Shown here: positions 1-10,021 of the stretch, in pieces
How the letters are laid out: every line of letters starts with the position of its first letter
How positions within the stretch are numbered: position 1 is the stretch's first letter
Source of the DNA: Squalus acanthias
Lineage: Eukaryota
Assembly: GCA_030390025.1 (NCBI GenBank)
Contig: CM059433.1
Location: forward strand, 5,890,001-5,954,000
Direction of reading: 5' to 3'
DNA length: 64,000 nt
Notes under the pieces: generated by a model
Databases searched by the model: none
Seen by the model: the letters and a program-made list of their open reading frames with translations, nothing else
Told to the model about the DNA's origin: nothing
Program-made: the position numbers and the translations under genes

Positions 1-514
1 CGTGCTGTGAAAGCTATGAATCTTACACCCCCCCAAAATAACAGCTAAACCTCAATTAAATTTTAAAAAAAACCATCACATTAATAAAATAAGTATAGTT
101 AAATAAATTAACCATTTTAAATAAAAAATTAAATTTTTGAAAAAATTTAAAATCTTTTAAAAAGTTATAAAAATAAACTTACCTGTCTTTAAAGTCTCTA
201 AAAAAGATATACCTGTTAAAAAAAATTCAAAAAAATACTTAATTCACTACTTACCTTGTTAAAAGTGGGTCTTACTCCTCCTTTTTCCATTTCTAAAATC
301 TTCCGTCCTTACCTGCGCGTCCAAAGCACGAAGTGCATAGCGTGCGCGCAGCCTGTAGCACGCACGCGATGCACCGAGGAACCGCCCCCTTTTCAAAAGA
401 CCAAGTGCCGGTTTTCAGCACATGCGCAGGGCATGCAGAAAACCGGCAATTGGAGAGAGAATACGCGAGAGTACACAGTGCGTACTCTCGCGCAGCGGGA
501 TGAATTTTTGGCCC
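1..514 (-). mobile_element. Non-autonomous DNA-transposon-like repeat (GGGCC-terminated, possibly PIF/Harbinger-type), runs off the window's left end
   Basis: On the minus strand it begins ATT|GGGCCAAAAATTC. The reverse complement of 1-514 aligns by eye with 38912-39430, which has the same terminus, the same preceding ATT, the same AT-rich body and repeated AAGGTAAGT motifs. It interrupts the env ORF. Confidence 0.7.
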
Positions 515-2333
515 AATATGTCCCACCTCCTATATATGCTACCTGTGGGGGAACATGGCCTTGTGCCATGGCTTCCATGGTACAATTTATAGGTTTCGCG
601 TCAGCAGCTCTGAACCCACATTGTGGTTTCGAATAGGCATTCAAGTGCTGGGGACACAGGATGATGTGTGCTCCCCGGCTACGGCACCCCGAGAGGTCAT
701 TACCCGTCATAGCATGATTCCACTTTATGACATAGGGCGGGACCACTGCAAAATGAACGTGTACACCCCCCTGAATGACACCAATGTTCTCCACCCTGTA
801 TACCGGCGCGGGTCGGGCCGTCCTGCCCATGACCGGCATCCTTACTATTATCCCCATGATAGTGTGGTTGGAACGTCCACAGTCCACTGGGACTGGGTAG
901 GCCTCGGAAGCTAGTCGGAGCTGGCACGGGCTTAATGCGTTCTCAAAAGGGTGGAGGGCTGCGAGGTGCTTGTTGCTGATCCAGGAGGGGACCAAACCCT
1001 GTTTTAAGTCCTCCAGATTTCTGCGGCCCTCGCCCAGCAACCATGCCCCGTACAGTACGCACACCTCGTTCTGCGCAGCTTGATCGGACGCATTCCGATC
1101 CTCCCTAATGAGCGCATTCACCGTCTTTGCATGTATCTCCAGCTCCACTATGATCTCCTTTAGATGGAGCGTCATGGCCTGGTCTTCATGCAGTTCCGAA
1201 CCCACTACCTTATTCTCATCAGTTAAGACCTTCTTTAATTGGGTCTTCAGACCGTTGATCTGCGTCTGCAGTTCAATGTCGTCGAAACTATTATTAACTG
1301 AAGACCCCACATTAAAACCCGTTAAAACATCATTAACAGTACCCCTTCTCTGTCTCCCCACCCCATCCCAAGCCTCGTGGCTATGTGTATACAATTTGGT
1401 CTTATCGATCTCTGCAAAATCGAATTTGTAAAACTTTTGAAATGTTTCCCTTAAGAGGGCTTGATATAGTTTAGCGGTCTCTGCAGGGCACCACGCGGGC
1501 AAGTGCACCTCAGTGAGATTTAAGATCACCGAGGCCACCGCGTAATGCACCCCTTGATAGAGCACCTGGTCTGTGGGTACCAGCACCAGGCCGTTCCCTG
1601 GTCCCTTGGTGGTGGCGGGGCATCCCTCTGCTACAGTCCGTGACGTCGGGGTCGTGGGTAGGGGCTGTCGGGGACGGGTCACTAATTCAGTGGCATTAAC
1701 CGAGATTGGGGAGTATGGGATCGCGCATGCATCCAGGCGCGACCCCCAGTCCATCCCCCTCCCGTTATCCTGCCACTGGCTGTGGAAAATGATGGAAATG
1801 CCCGTGGGGCAGACTCTCTCTGAACCCCACATACAGACATAGATCCCCTGATCCGGTTCCCACCATTTGTCCCAGCACACACTTAACCCTCCCTGGGTCC
1901 CCGTGATGGTCCTGTGGGTGTCGTTCCCTAACCTTTCCCATTCTACCCTGGGGTTCCCCATGTCTTTGCTTAATTTTCTGAGCCACCACCACCTATCCAG
2001 GGGAACGTTGCCCTTACATGATAAACAAATCCTTTTGCCCACGGTGACGCTGATCCTTGGGGTGACGATCCGTATCCTCGGGCAATGGAGGGAGTCCTCC
2101 CCAGATGTAAAACCGGCCTGGCTCGAGTACTGGGTCGAGTTTAACCCCAGCCATCCAGGCCAGCTCCCCTCGTAAGTATACGAGGCAATTTCATCCGCCT
2201 CGCGTAGGCCACTTCCATCGTGGGCTAGGGGCGCCGTCCTTCCGGAGCATCCGAAGATGTGTTGGTCCTCGGTGTCGCCCCTTCTCGCGATGCTCAGCCC
2301 AGACAGGGCGAACAAGAACAGGCCTCCGGACAT
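515..2333 (-). CDS. env: Retroelement envelope-like glycoprotein: signal peptide, Ig-like domain, paramyxo/pneumovirus F-like class I fusion ectodomain; 3'-truncated by an insertion
   Basis: 606 open codons (the 393-2333 ORF reads on into the inserted repeat). Hydrophobic N-terminus, C106...WWW...DQGIYVC167, T/P-rich linker, furin site RQRR at aa 327-330, then putative fusion peptide and heptad repeat (GTVNDVLTGFNVGSSVNNSFDDIELQTQINGLKTQLKKVL), Cys-rich C-terminal part and several N-x-S/T sequons. No TM segment in the window. Confidence 0.8.
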
Positions 2334-2349
2334 TTCCCTTTTTAATTGC

Positions 2350-2370
2350 CTGAAAAAAAATAAAGAACAT
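2350..2370 (-). promoter_or_regulatory. Putative env splice acceptor
   Basis: Minus strand TTCTTTATTTTTTTTCAG|GCAATTAAAAAGGGAAATG; the AG lies 16 nt upstream of the env ATG. Confidence 0.6.
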
Positions 2371-3209
2371 CTAGCCAGGCTCCCTAGAGGCTCCTTGGCT
2401 GGGGTGAAGTGTGAGCGGGTCCCTCGACCTCAGCTCACATGGACAAACACACATACACTGGAACGGTTCCATCTTAAAACTGCTATACGGTTCCGCACCT
2501 TAAAATCAAACTCAACAATCTAACTTAAAACTACAAACTTCTCAGACCAAGTTCTGTACATTTGCTGCCTGTCTCCGAGCGGCTAGCTTAAGCTCTGTTA
2601 GGACTGCGGCAGGCTGCTCCCTGCAGCATGGCTGTACGGACTCTTACTTCTGGTCCTTCACAGCCTGCGACTGTTGGCTGGGGACCTGTGTCTTATAACC
2701 TAACTTTTGCTCGGGAGGTCGCCCCTTTAAACTGGAGAGTCGGCGACCATGCCTTCCTAGGTTGGGGTGTCCGAGGGGACTTCCTAGGAAATGCTATAGG
2801 TGGGGCTACCCTGGCGAGTGGACCTTTGCCGTGGGTCGCAGTCCTCGCTGGCTGGGGGCTTTTCCCCCGTGGCTCCTCCCCTCCCAAGTCTGAGCTGGGG
2901 ACAGGCAATCCCTCGCTTCCTGCTGCTATTGGCTGAGAGTCCTCGCCTCCAGGTTCAAAACCTGGGTCGGGGGTGGGGCTATCTGGTTCAGGCTCCTCCT
3001 CCTCCCCACCTGAGTCACAGAAGAGAGGGGGGGTGGTTCGAACAGGGGCCTGGGTGACTCCTCCCTCAACGCACGCAACTGTGCCTGCGTGTGTTGCCTA
3101 CGAGCTGAGACTTGCTGGCTCCTCCCCTTTGTCAGGTTTAAACAGTTTGCACTGGTTAATGCTGCTAGCAGCCTGCCTGTGAACCTGTTTTAAAACCTTG
3201 TCCATTTCC

Positions 3210-3665
3210 TCAAACGGACTCCCCATTCTCTCTCTTTACCAGGACGGCCTTAAGGACGGGATCCTGGGCTTGGACCTGCTTTAAGTCCGTGGCCAAAGCT
3301 ACCTCCTGTGTGCCTCCCTTGCCCCGGATTGCGGCTACCGGACCTGCTTTACGGGGATCCCAGAACTCTCCTTCCCTGGCCCCCTGCTTGGCCGACTTGT
3401 TGGCCTTTTGGTTACCCTCCCACGTGGTATGGAGGGATCCTAAATCTATGTCCAAAGGTTTGGACATTGCCCCAGCCTGCTTATTCCCTGTGAATCCCAT
3501 TAAACTGTACGGGACCCCGTTAGACCTGGGTGAATTGGTCGGGTCTTCCGAATGGACCACCGTGCTGGCAGCTCCGGTGTCCACTAGATGTCTCCCCTGC
3601 ACTTTCTCCACCCCCTTAACATCGTATCCCGGGGAACACAGGTGGACAGGCTGCGCTGGTTCTAG
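3210..3665 (-). pseudogene. pol: Internally deleted pol: aspartic protease fused in frame to the RNase H C-terminus and the start of the integrase linker
   Basis: LVDTGAASTVV protease active site and a flap-like LMGFTG. It then jumps at TTW to EGNQKANKSAKQGA (RNase H terminal GNxxAD/NxxAK motif) and DLKQVQAQDPVLKAV. No RT YxDD and no integrase HHCC/DDE. Confidence 0.75.
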
Positions 3666-4349
3666 TCATAGGTCTGCGTTGTATGGGGCTGATGGGATCA
3701 ATGCGCCAGTGGCTGTAGCTACCTTCCCCGGACTGGTCAGGAGAACCCGCAGTGCCTCTAGAACGCTCTCTACTGTGGGGGTCCCAGTGTCTACCTTTGG
3801 GCCTGGAGCTGTGGAGCTCTTTCCCTTGGTGTCCTTCCAGGGGTTTTTGCAATCTGTGCGCCAGTGGCCGTCCTTCCCGCAGCCATAGCAGTTTAACTTA
3901 TTCTGGGAGGGATGGTTTCCCTCCTGGTGCCACTCTTTCTTATTCTGGCCCCCAGGTTTAACCTCGTGGACTCTCCCTTTGGGCTGGGGCGTCTCAATTC
4001 CCCTCCCATTATTTCTAAATGCTACCGTGAGCTGGCGGATCACCGTTTCTTCGGTGGTCTGGGGGTTTCGGGGGTCAAACCAGGCCGCAGCCTGGGCTCG
4101 GATTTGGGGCAGGCAGTTTGTCATGAGACAACGGAGCCAGTGGGCCGATTGGTCTCTGTTTAGGAACGTCCGCACTGGCGTTCCCGGACACGCGCTCTGG
4201 TAGACTGGCCACAGCCTGTCTGCGAATGCCTGCGGGGACTCCCCGGGGAGCTGTACCGTTTTTTCCACTCGGGCGAACGGACTCCCATCATTTAGTCCCA
4301 TGGCCTCCAATATCTCATCCCTTAATTCCTCGGAGCGGGAGCACAGCAA
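3666..4349 (-). pseudogene. gag: 5'-truncated gag (capsid C-terminal region plus CCHC zinc knuckle)
   Basis: QLPGESPQAFADRL (major-homology-region-like) and CYGCGKDGHWRTDC (CX2CX4HX4C). It ends in TGA, in frame with the protease. Confidence 0.85.
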
Positions 4350-4649
4350 AAGGCTTTACCACCAATTTTGCCCCTTTTCTGCTGCTATCCTGGCCCATTA
4401 GGGAGGAGAAAGCAGAGGAAACCCCAATCTCAAGCCTCTAATCCCCATTATGTGCATATTGTTAATCACCATTCATTTCACACCTTGTGCACTGAATAGT
4501 GTTGAAACGTGAAATGCACAGGGACTCTGTAACACCACGATTGGCAGCTCCTTAACCAACTGGTTTTTGCAATTTGGCAGGCTAATAAGCAAGGTGTAAA
4601 ATGCATGAGGATTACTGAGCTCTAAATCAATGAAGATTAGTGTCACATT

Positions 4650-4850
4650 CAGATGCAGAACACCAATGACTGGTTTTGGGGTTTTTGAAACAATCCAACA
4701 GCTTCATGGTCAGCTTTTCATTGCCAGATTTTTTTTAATTGAATTCAAATTCTCGAACTGCCACTGTGGGATTTTAACTCACTTTCACTGGATTATTAAA
4801 CCAGGCCTCTGGATTACTAGTCCAGTAACATAACCATTGCACTACCGTTC
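4650..4850 (-). mobile_element. tRNA-derived SINE head fragment (same head as the LINE at 11665-15008)
   Basis: Matches 14690-14848 plus 14989-15005 (ccaggcctctggattactag...cataacca...ctaccgt). Confidence 0.6.
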
Positions 4851-5988
4851 TCTTGGCAGGACTGGCTTTGGTACATCGGGTATTGGTTACTACTATTGAA
4901 GATCTAGTTGCCACGTATCACCGAACTATCTCACTTTGCTCGGTGAGACAGCCACGTGTTAAGCCACAACTATTACTGCAAGCGTCTGAGCAGTACATTT
5001 GGCATAGAGGCGAAACACAGCAAATTGCTTTGAAACATTTTTTTTTCTAAACAGCCACCAGTTAACTGATGTTTTTATACAGTATCTTTTTAAATATATT
5101 TATTGTACTGAGATTGGGATGTTTCCAAATCCCGAGCAGGTTTGCTGCAGGAACAACATTCTCATGCCACAGAATTTGGTCCGTTTTTAGTGCAGAAAGG
5201 GACCTTGAGCTGACGCAGAATTTTAGGGACCTTGACTGTTTGCTTGGGAGCGCCTCTCTCCGACAGCCCAGAATCCTACACATACGAGCCTGCTTAATGA
5301 AGGGTGACACCAGCGGTGTTGGAGGGAGTAGCACATCTTTGTCTTGCTGTCTCCGCTCCACGGCAAAGTCCTTTGTCCTTTCCCGCCGACTTCTCAAGGA
5401 TGTTAGGGCTCAAGACATTTCACATCCAGTCAAGTCAAGAGAGACAGGTCAGCATGTCCCCCAGAGTAGCAGTGGATACAGTGGCTTGAATCTATAAGTT
5501 TCTTTATGCTTAACCTTACAACTAGCACACTCATGCTCTGCCAGGGCTCTGTCCGTCCGGCCAGAGGCAGAAACCCCTGGAGTCAACCACATCTTTGGAA
5601 GGTAATTGGGAGTTGGAGTCCAACTGTGCCATTCAAGAGGTGGTAAAGAGTGAGTCTGCCCTTTTGAAATACCACTCGATCAGGCTGCCTGGATGTTTGA
5701 AACCATCGATTCAAGGGTCCCACAGAATTAAATGGGGCAGCTCCCAATACCCTTGCTTTATGGTGGAGCCCTTTGCTCTGGATTTCTCGAAAGTCACATT
5801 ATTCAACTTTTGTGGGATTTGTTTTGCACTTCTCTCCTTTGGGCAGCTTACAAGGATGTCTGCCCAGATTTGCACAAGGGTTCCATTCATAAATGAACCT
5901 TATCGGTAGGTAGGTGGGACAGTCCAACTTTCTAGTCAAGTGTTTGGAGGAACGGGTCTCTGCTGACACGAGTCTGATGGTAACATAC

Positions 5989-6148
5989 CTGAGGGCTGGT
6001 CTGCAGTCAGTTTGGTCACAGAGACCTGTAAGGCAGAGAGCTTGGCTTTCATGTTGCGGATCCCATCAGTAAAACGGTTTTCCTGTCCTTTTAGGAATTG
6101 TTGCATTTGTCGGATGGCAGTTAGGACCTTCTGTCTGTTCAGGCAACC
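5989..6148 (-). CDS. FBLN7: Fibulin-7 coding exon 2 (N-terminal coiled coil)
   Basis: GCLNRQKVLTAIRQMQQFLKGQENRFTDGIRNMKAKLSALQVSVTKLTADQPS is colinear without gaps with the recalled human FBLN7 segment NCLSKQQLLSAIRQLQQLLKGQETRFAEGIRHMKSRLAALQNSV. 160 nt, phase-1 donor G|GTATGT. The acceptor reads TCG rather than YAG. Confidence 0.92.
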
Positions 6149-6481
6149 CGACACAATGAAAATAGGAGTGAATTGGAGGTTAGTTCTGACATTAACCGAT
6201 TTCTCTGCAGCCTTTGACACGGTTGACCACATCACCCTCCTCCAATGCCTTTCCTCCTTGGTTTCACTGTTACCTATCGAATCGTAGCCAGAGCATCTCC
6301 AGAAATAGCTTCTCTTCCCTTCCCTAAAATATTACCTCAGAGTCCTCCAAGGATCGATCCTTAGCCCCCTCCTCTTCCTCACCTATATGGTGCCCCAGGT
6401 GACATCATCCAAAGACATAGGATCAGCTTCCACATGTATGCTGATGACACCCAGTTCTTCTTCTCCACCACCTGTCTTGAC

Positions 6482-6644
6482 CAATGTTCCCTTTAGTTTT
6501 TTTTGGGTGCGCGGGCCCTTTAAGGGGCTGCGCAGCCCATTCATAATACCACACATGCGCGGTTTTTCCCGTTTAAAAGCCGGTGAGCCGGCTGCGCGGG
6601 AGCTCCAGAGCGTTGCACGGCCGCGCAGCTTAACGGGAACATTG
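6482..6644. mobile_element. hAT-type MITE
   Basis: TIRs CAATGTTCCC / GGGAACATTG; 8-bp TSD GTCTTGAC / CTCTTGAC (one mismatch). Confidence 0.75.
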
Positions 6645-7132
6645 CTCTTGACCCCTCCACTGCCTCTCTGTTGTCAGACTGCTTGTCCAACACCCAGTCT
6701 TAGATAAGCCTTAATTTCCTCCAGTTAAACATTGGGAACAAAGCCATCATCTTAGGCCCCCAACCAGAAATTCTGTACCCTTGTCACAAATCCCATCCCC
6801 CTCCCAGGCCACTGACTATTCGCAACATCGGACTCCCAAGCTGAGCCTCTGACCCCATATCCTCTCCATTGCAAAGACCACCGCTGACCTCCATCTCCAC
6901 CTCCATCATATACCTGCCTCCTGTCCTAACTCAGCCCACCTGTCACTGAAACCCGATTCCATCTCTTTGCCAGCTCCAGCCTTAATTACTCCAATACTCT
7001 GCTGGCCGGCCTCCCTCAAATCCTCCACTCTTTGTAAACTTCAGCTGCCCATGTCCTATCCTGTATCAAGTCCCGCTCACCCATCACTCTTGTCCTTGTC
7101 TACCTACATTGGCTCCCAGTCCTCCAATTTAA

Positions 7133-7309
7133 AAGCAAAATATGCGGATGCTGGAAATCTGAAATAAAAACAGAAGATGCTGGAAACACTCAGCAGGTCA
7201 GGCAGCATCTGTGGAGAGAGAAACAGAGTTAACGTTTCAGGTCGATGACCCTTCGTCAGAACTGCCTGACCTGCATCTGCATATTTTGTTCCAGCCTTTT
7301 CTGTTTTTA
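7133..7309 (-). mobile_element. Penelope-like short pseudo-LTR with partial inversion, containing a minimal hammerhead ribozyme motif
   Basis: Flanked by direct repeat CCTCCAATTTAA (7121-7132, 7310-7321). Minus strand AGTT-CTGACGA-AGG(GTCATCGA)CCT-GAAA-CGTT-AACT. Confidence 0.65.
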
Positions 7310-9669
7310 CCTCCAATTTAATATTCTCATCCTTGTGTTTAAATCCATTTATGACTTTCTTCTCCCTCTCTATGTATCCTCCTCCAGCCCTACAGCCTCT
7401 TCCCTACCCGAACTCTCCGTTACTCTGACTCTGGCATTTTATTCATCCCCCTCCCCTTTGCCCCACCATTGGAAGCTATGCCTTTACCTGCCTGGGCTCC
7501 ATGCGCTGAAAACCCACCTCTTTGACCAAGCTTTTGGTCACCCCCCATCCTAATATCTCTTTCTCTGGCGGGACCCATTTTTGTCTGATTATACCTTTGT
7601 GCAGCACCTTGGGATGTTTATCTACATTAAAAGCACTATGTAAATGCAAGCACACACATTAAGAAGAGTACTATTTATTTTAACAATTTCATCGAAAGAA
7701 AATAACATAGTCACCAGAACTTTGCCTGTTGTTTTGGTAAAGATACTTATTTTGTTATCCTCATGAAGACGGTCCTTCCCTGGCAGAGCTGCCATTGATG
7801 GGGAGTATCCTGTGCTCCTCTGTAGGAAACATCAGAAGCCACAACTTCAGACTAGCTTGGGAGCCGCCAGATCCCAAAGATGCATCTATAAACTGTACCA
7901 GGCCCATATGGCTGTGGGCAGCTCTCAGGCTGGTTTAACGGTGCATCTCTTCCCCCAGGGTTTTCTTTGTCAGTGAGGTTACCATCCAGCCTAACAAGGA
8001 GCGATCTTCAACCTGAGGTCTCCAGGCGCATAATAAAAGCGAGAGAAAATTCTGCTGAAACGTAGAAAGGCCATTTGACCCATCGCGCCCATTCCTTCCA
8101 CAGCCCACTTACAATCTGCCCAATCATGGACTGCCCAACAGGTTAACCTTCTGTGGCATTAATTCGGCACAATTACTCCCAGATTCATAAAAGTGATTGA
8201 GTGAAACTCCAGAATGTTTATCTATCCTCAAATATCAACTCCTCAATCCTGACCTGCTGCCCTCTCAAGCAACAATACTCCCCAGCTCCCCAATCCCAGC
8301 TCCAACAGCAGAAGATCGATACGTATCTCATGGAGAATTTGCTCATCTCAGTTCATCACCAGACGTTTTTCCAATTCTTTTTTGGAGGACTGATTAACAC
8401 AGCAGCCTCTGTGTTTTCTGGGAGTCTTTCTGTGGGGCAGAAAGAAAACCACCTGAGGGGGAAAAAAATGACCACTGCCTCTGTCTCATATGTATTTGCA
8501 CAGGCTGCTTTTAATGCCATTCCATATCAACAGCAAGAATAGATGGCAGGAAGGATGCGGTTGACAGGACAGTGGGTTGTCTGTACAGGGCAGGATGTGG
8601 CATCAGATGCTGACAAAATCCAGCAGCAAGTTTGCCAGCAGTTTACACTGGCACATGGCTGCTATGGGACTAGGGGCTGGCGCTGATTAGTGCCAACTTA
8701 GAATATGTAATTCTGGCAATTTATGCTAGTAAACCCAGGGTAGATTTCAGTAAGATGGACTCAACTCCATTTACCATTAACATACTGTAAATTGCTCTGA
8801 GAATACAGTTAAACTCCAGTCTCAGTACCGTAGCCACTACAACAACAACTTGTATTTATAATAGCGCCTTTAAAGTAGTAAAACGCCCAAGGCGCTTCAC
8901 AGGAGCGTTATCAAACAACATCTGACTAAAGCACCAGAGTGTCCCAGATTGTTTATCTTTATTGTCTTTTTAGCTTTCAGGATTCCTGAATTAATGTCAA
9001 TTCATAGAATCATAGAATAGTACAGCACAGAAGGAGGCCATTCGGCCCATCGAGTCTGCGCCAAGCAGATTTGCTGACAAGTCAGTGCTGTGGGCTGATA
9101 GGTTGAAACGCTCTGCAACTCATTTTATAAGACACCTGGCAGCTATTAGAGAGAAGAGTTTCGACCCGTTTGCCTGGGCTGGATTGACGTAGCGCACTCC
9201 CTATACGTTTCCTTGTAAGTGGTGAAGGAATATGGTGGAGGACTTGCAAATTAAAAATTGGCAATTGAAAATAAGAAAGTAAGCAAATTGTTAATGTTTA
9301 CATTGAGGAACAGTAAGGCAGTGATTAATTGGGTTCCTTTTGTTTGACGTCAGCTGAAGTGATGATGTTGAGAGCTCGCTGATAGGGGTGTAAGGTCAGG
9401 GGTTGATCAGGTGCATTTGAAAGGAGACAGGCGGCAAAGCAGCATCCCTCTAAGAATGGACAGTAATGGAATGATACAAAGATACAAAATGATTGCGTGC
9501 GACCAGCAGGTGGAAACGGTGGGACCTTGAGGAATGGGGAACATGAGGAGCAACAGAGGGAGCAGTAGAAGGGGACAAAAGAGAACAGAAAGGTTACCAC
9601 ACAAGGGGCGGACATTCTGAGACTGGTCAGAAGGTGGAAAAATGGGTGTCCTCAACGCATATGGTCTTC

Positions 9670-9960
9670 AGTCATATGGACTAGGACGTACCCAGGTTCA
9701 GTACCTGGTCTGTGCTGAGTTAACGGATTTCAGCCAGGTTGGTCTCAGTACCACCAGACTGAGGAGAGGAAATACAGCCAGGTTTCCCCCACTTCAACGC
9801 TTTCCACTTGTCCCGGCTGGGAAGTGCGCATGTGTGTATGTTGCTCGAAGACAGGATCGAGCTTGCGTTTATTGTCCCCACAGTAAACTAGCCGGCCGCT
9901 ACACACTGCCCAGGCTTGTACTCGGGCAACATAAAGGACAATAGTCGATAAGGTATTCCC
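9670..9960 (+). mobile_element. LF-SINE-like element (degenerate)
   Basis: ccaggttcagtacctggtctgtgctgagtta...cagccaggtttcccc...gggaagtgcgcatgtgtg...gacaggatcgagct resembles the recalled LF-SINE consensus; second copy at ~20330. Confidence 0.55.
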
Positions 9961-10021
9961 TCATGAGCTAACATCTTCAGTACAGGAGGGGAGAAATTGG
10001 GGGTGGAATATGGAAAGCAGA

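Larger units (their letters stand above)
6185..7650 (+). mobile_element. Degenerate L2-type LINE 3' fragment
   Basis: Remnants of RT motifs (SAAFDTVDH, PQGSIL, YADDTQ) and an L2-like tail (cagcaccttgggatgttt...cattaaaagcactatgtaaatgcaag). Interrupted by two small insertions. Confidence 0.75.

Noticed and set aside
2628..3182. Accessory genes between pol and env
   Set aside because: Short, stop-interrupted, Pro/Glu-rich frames; more likely a decayed integrase C-terminal tail, and cannot be supported without relatives.
5062..5909. ORFs of 104-142 aa near FBLN7 exon 2
   Set aside because: No recognisable motifs, and no sushi-domain exon 3 found; treated as intronic chance ORFs.
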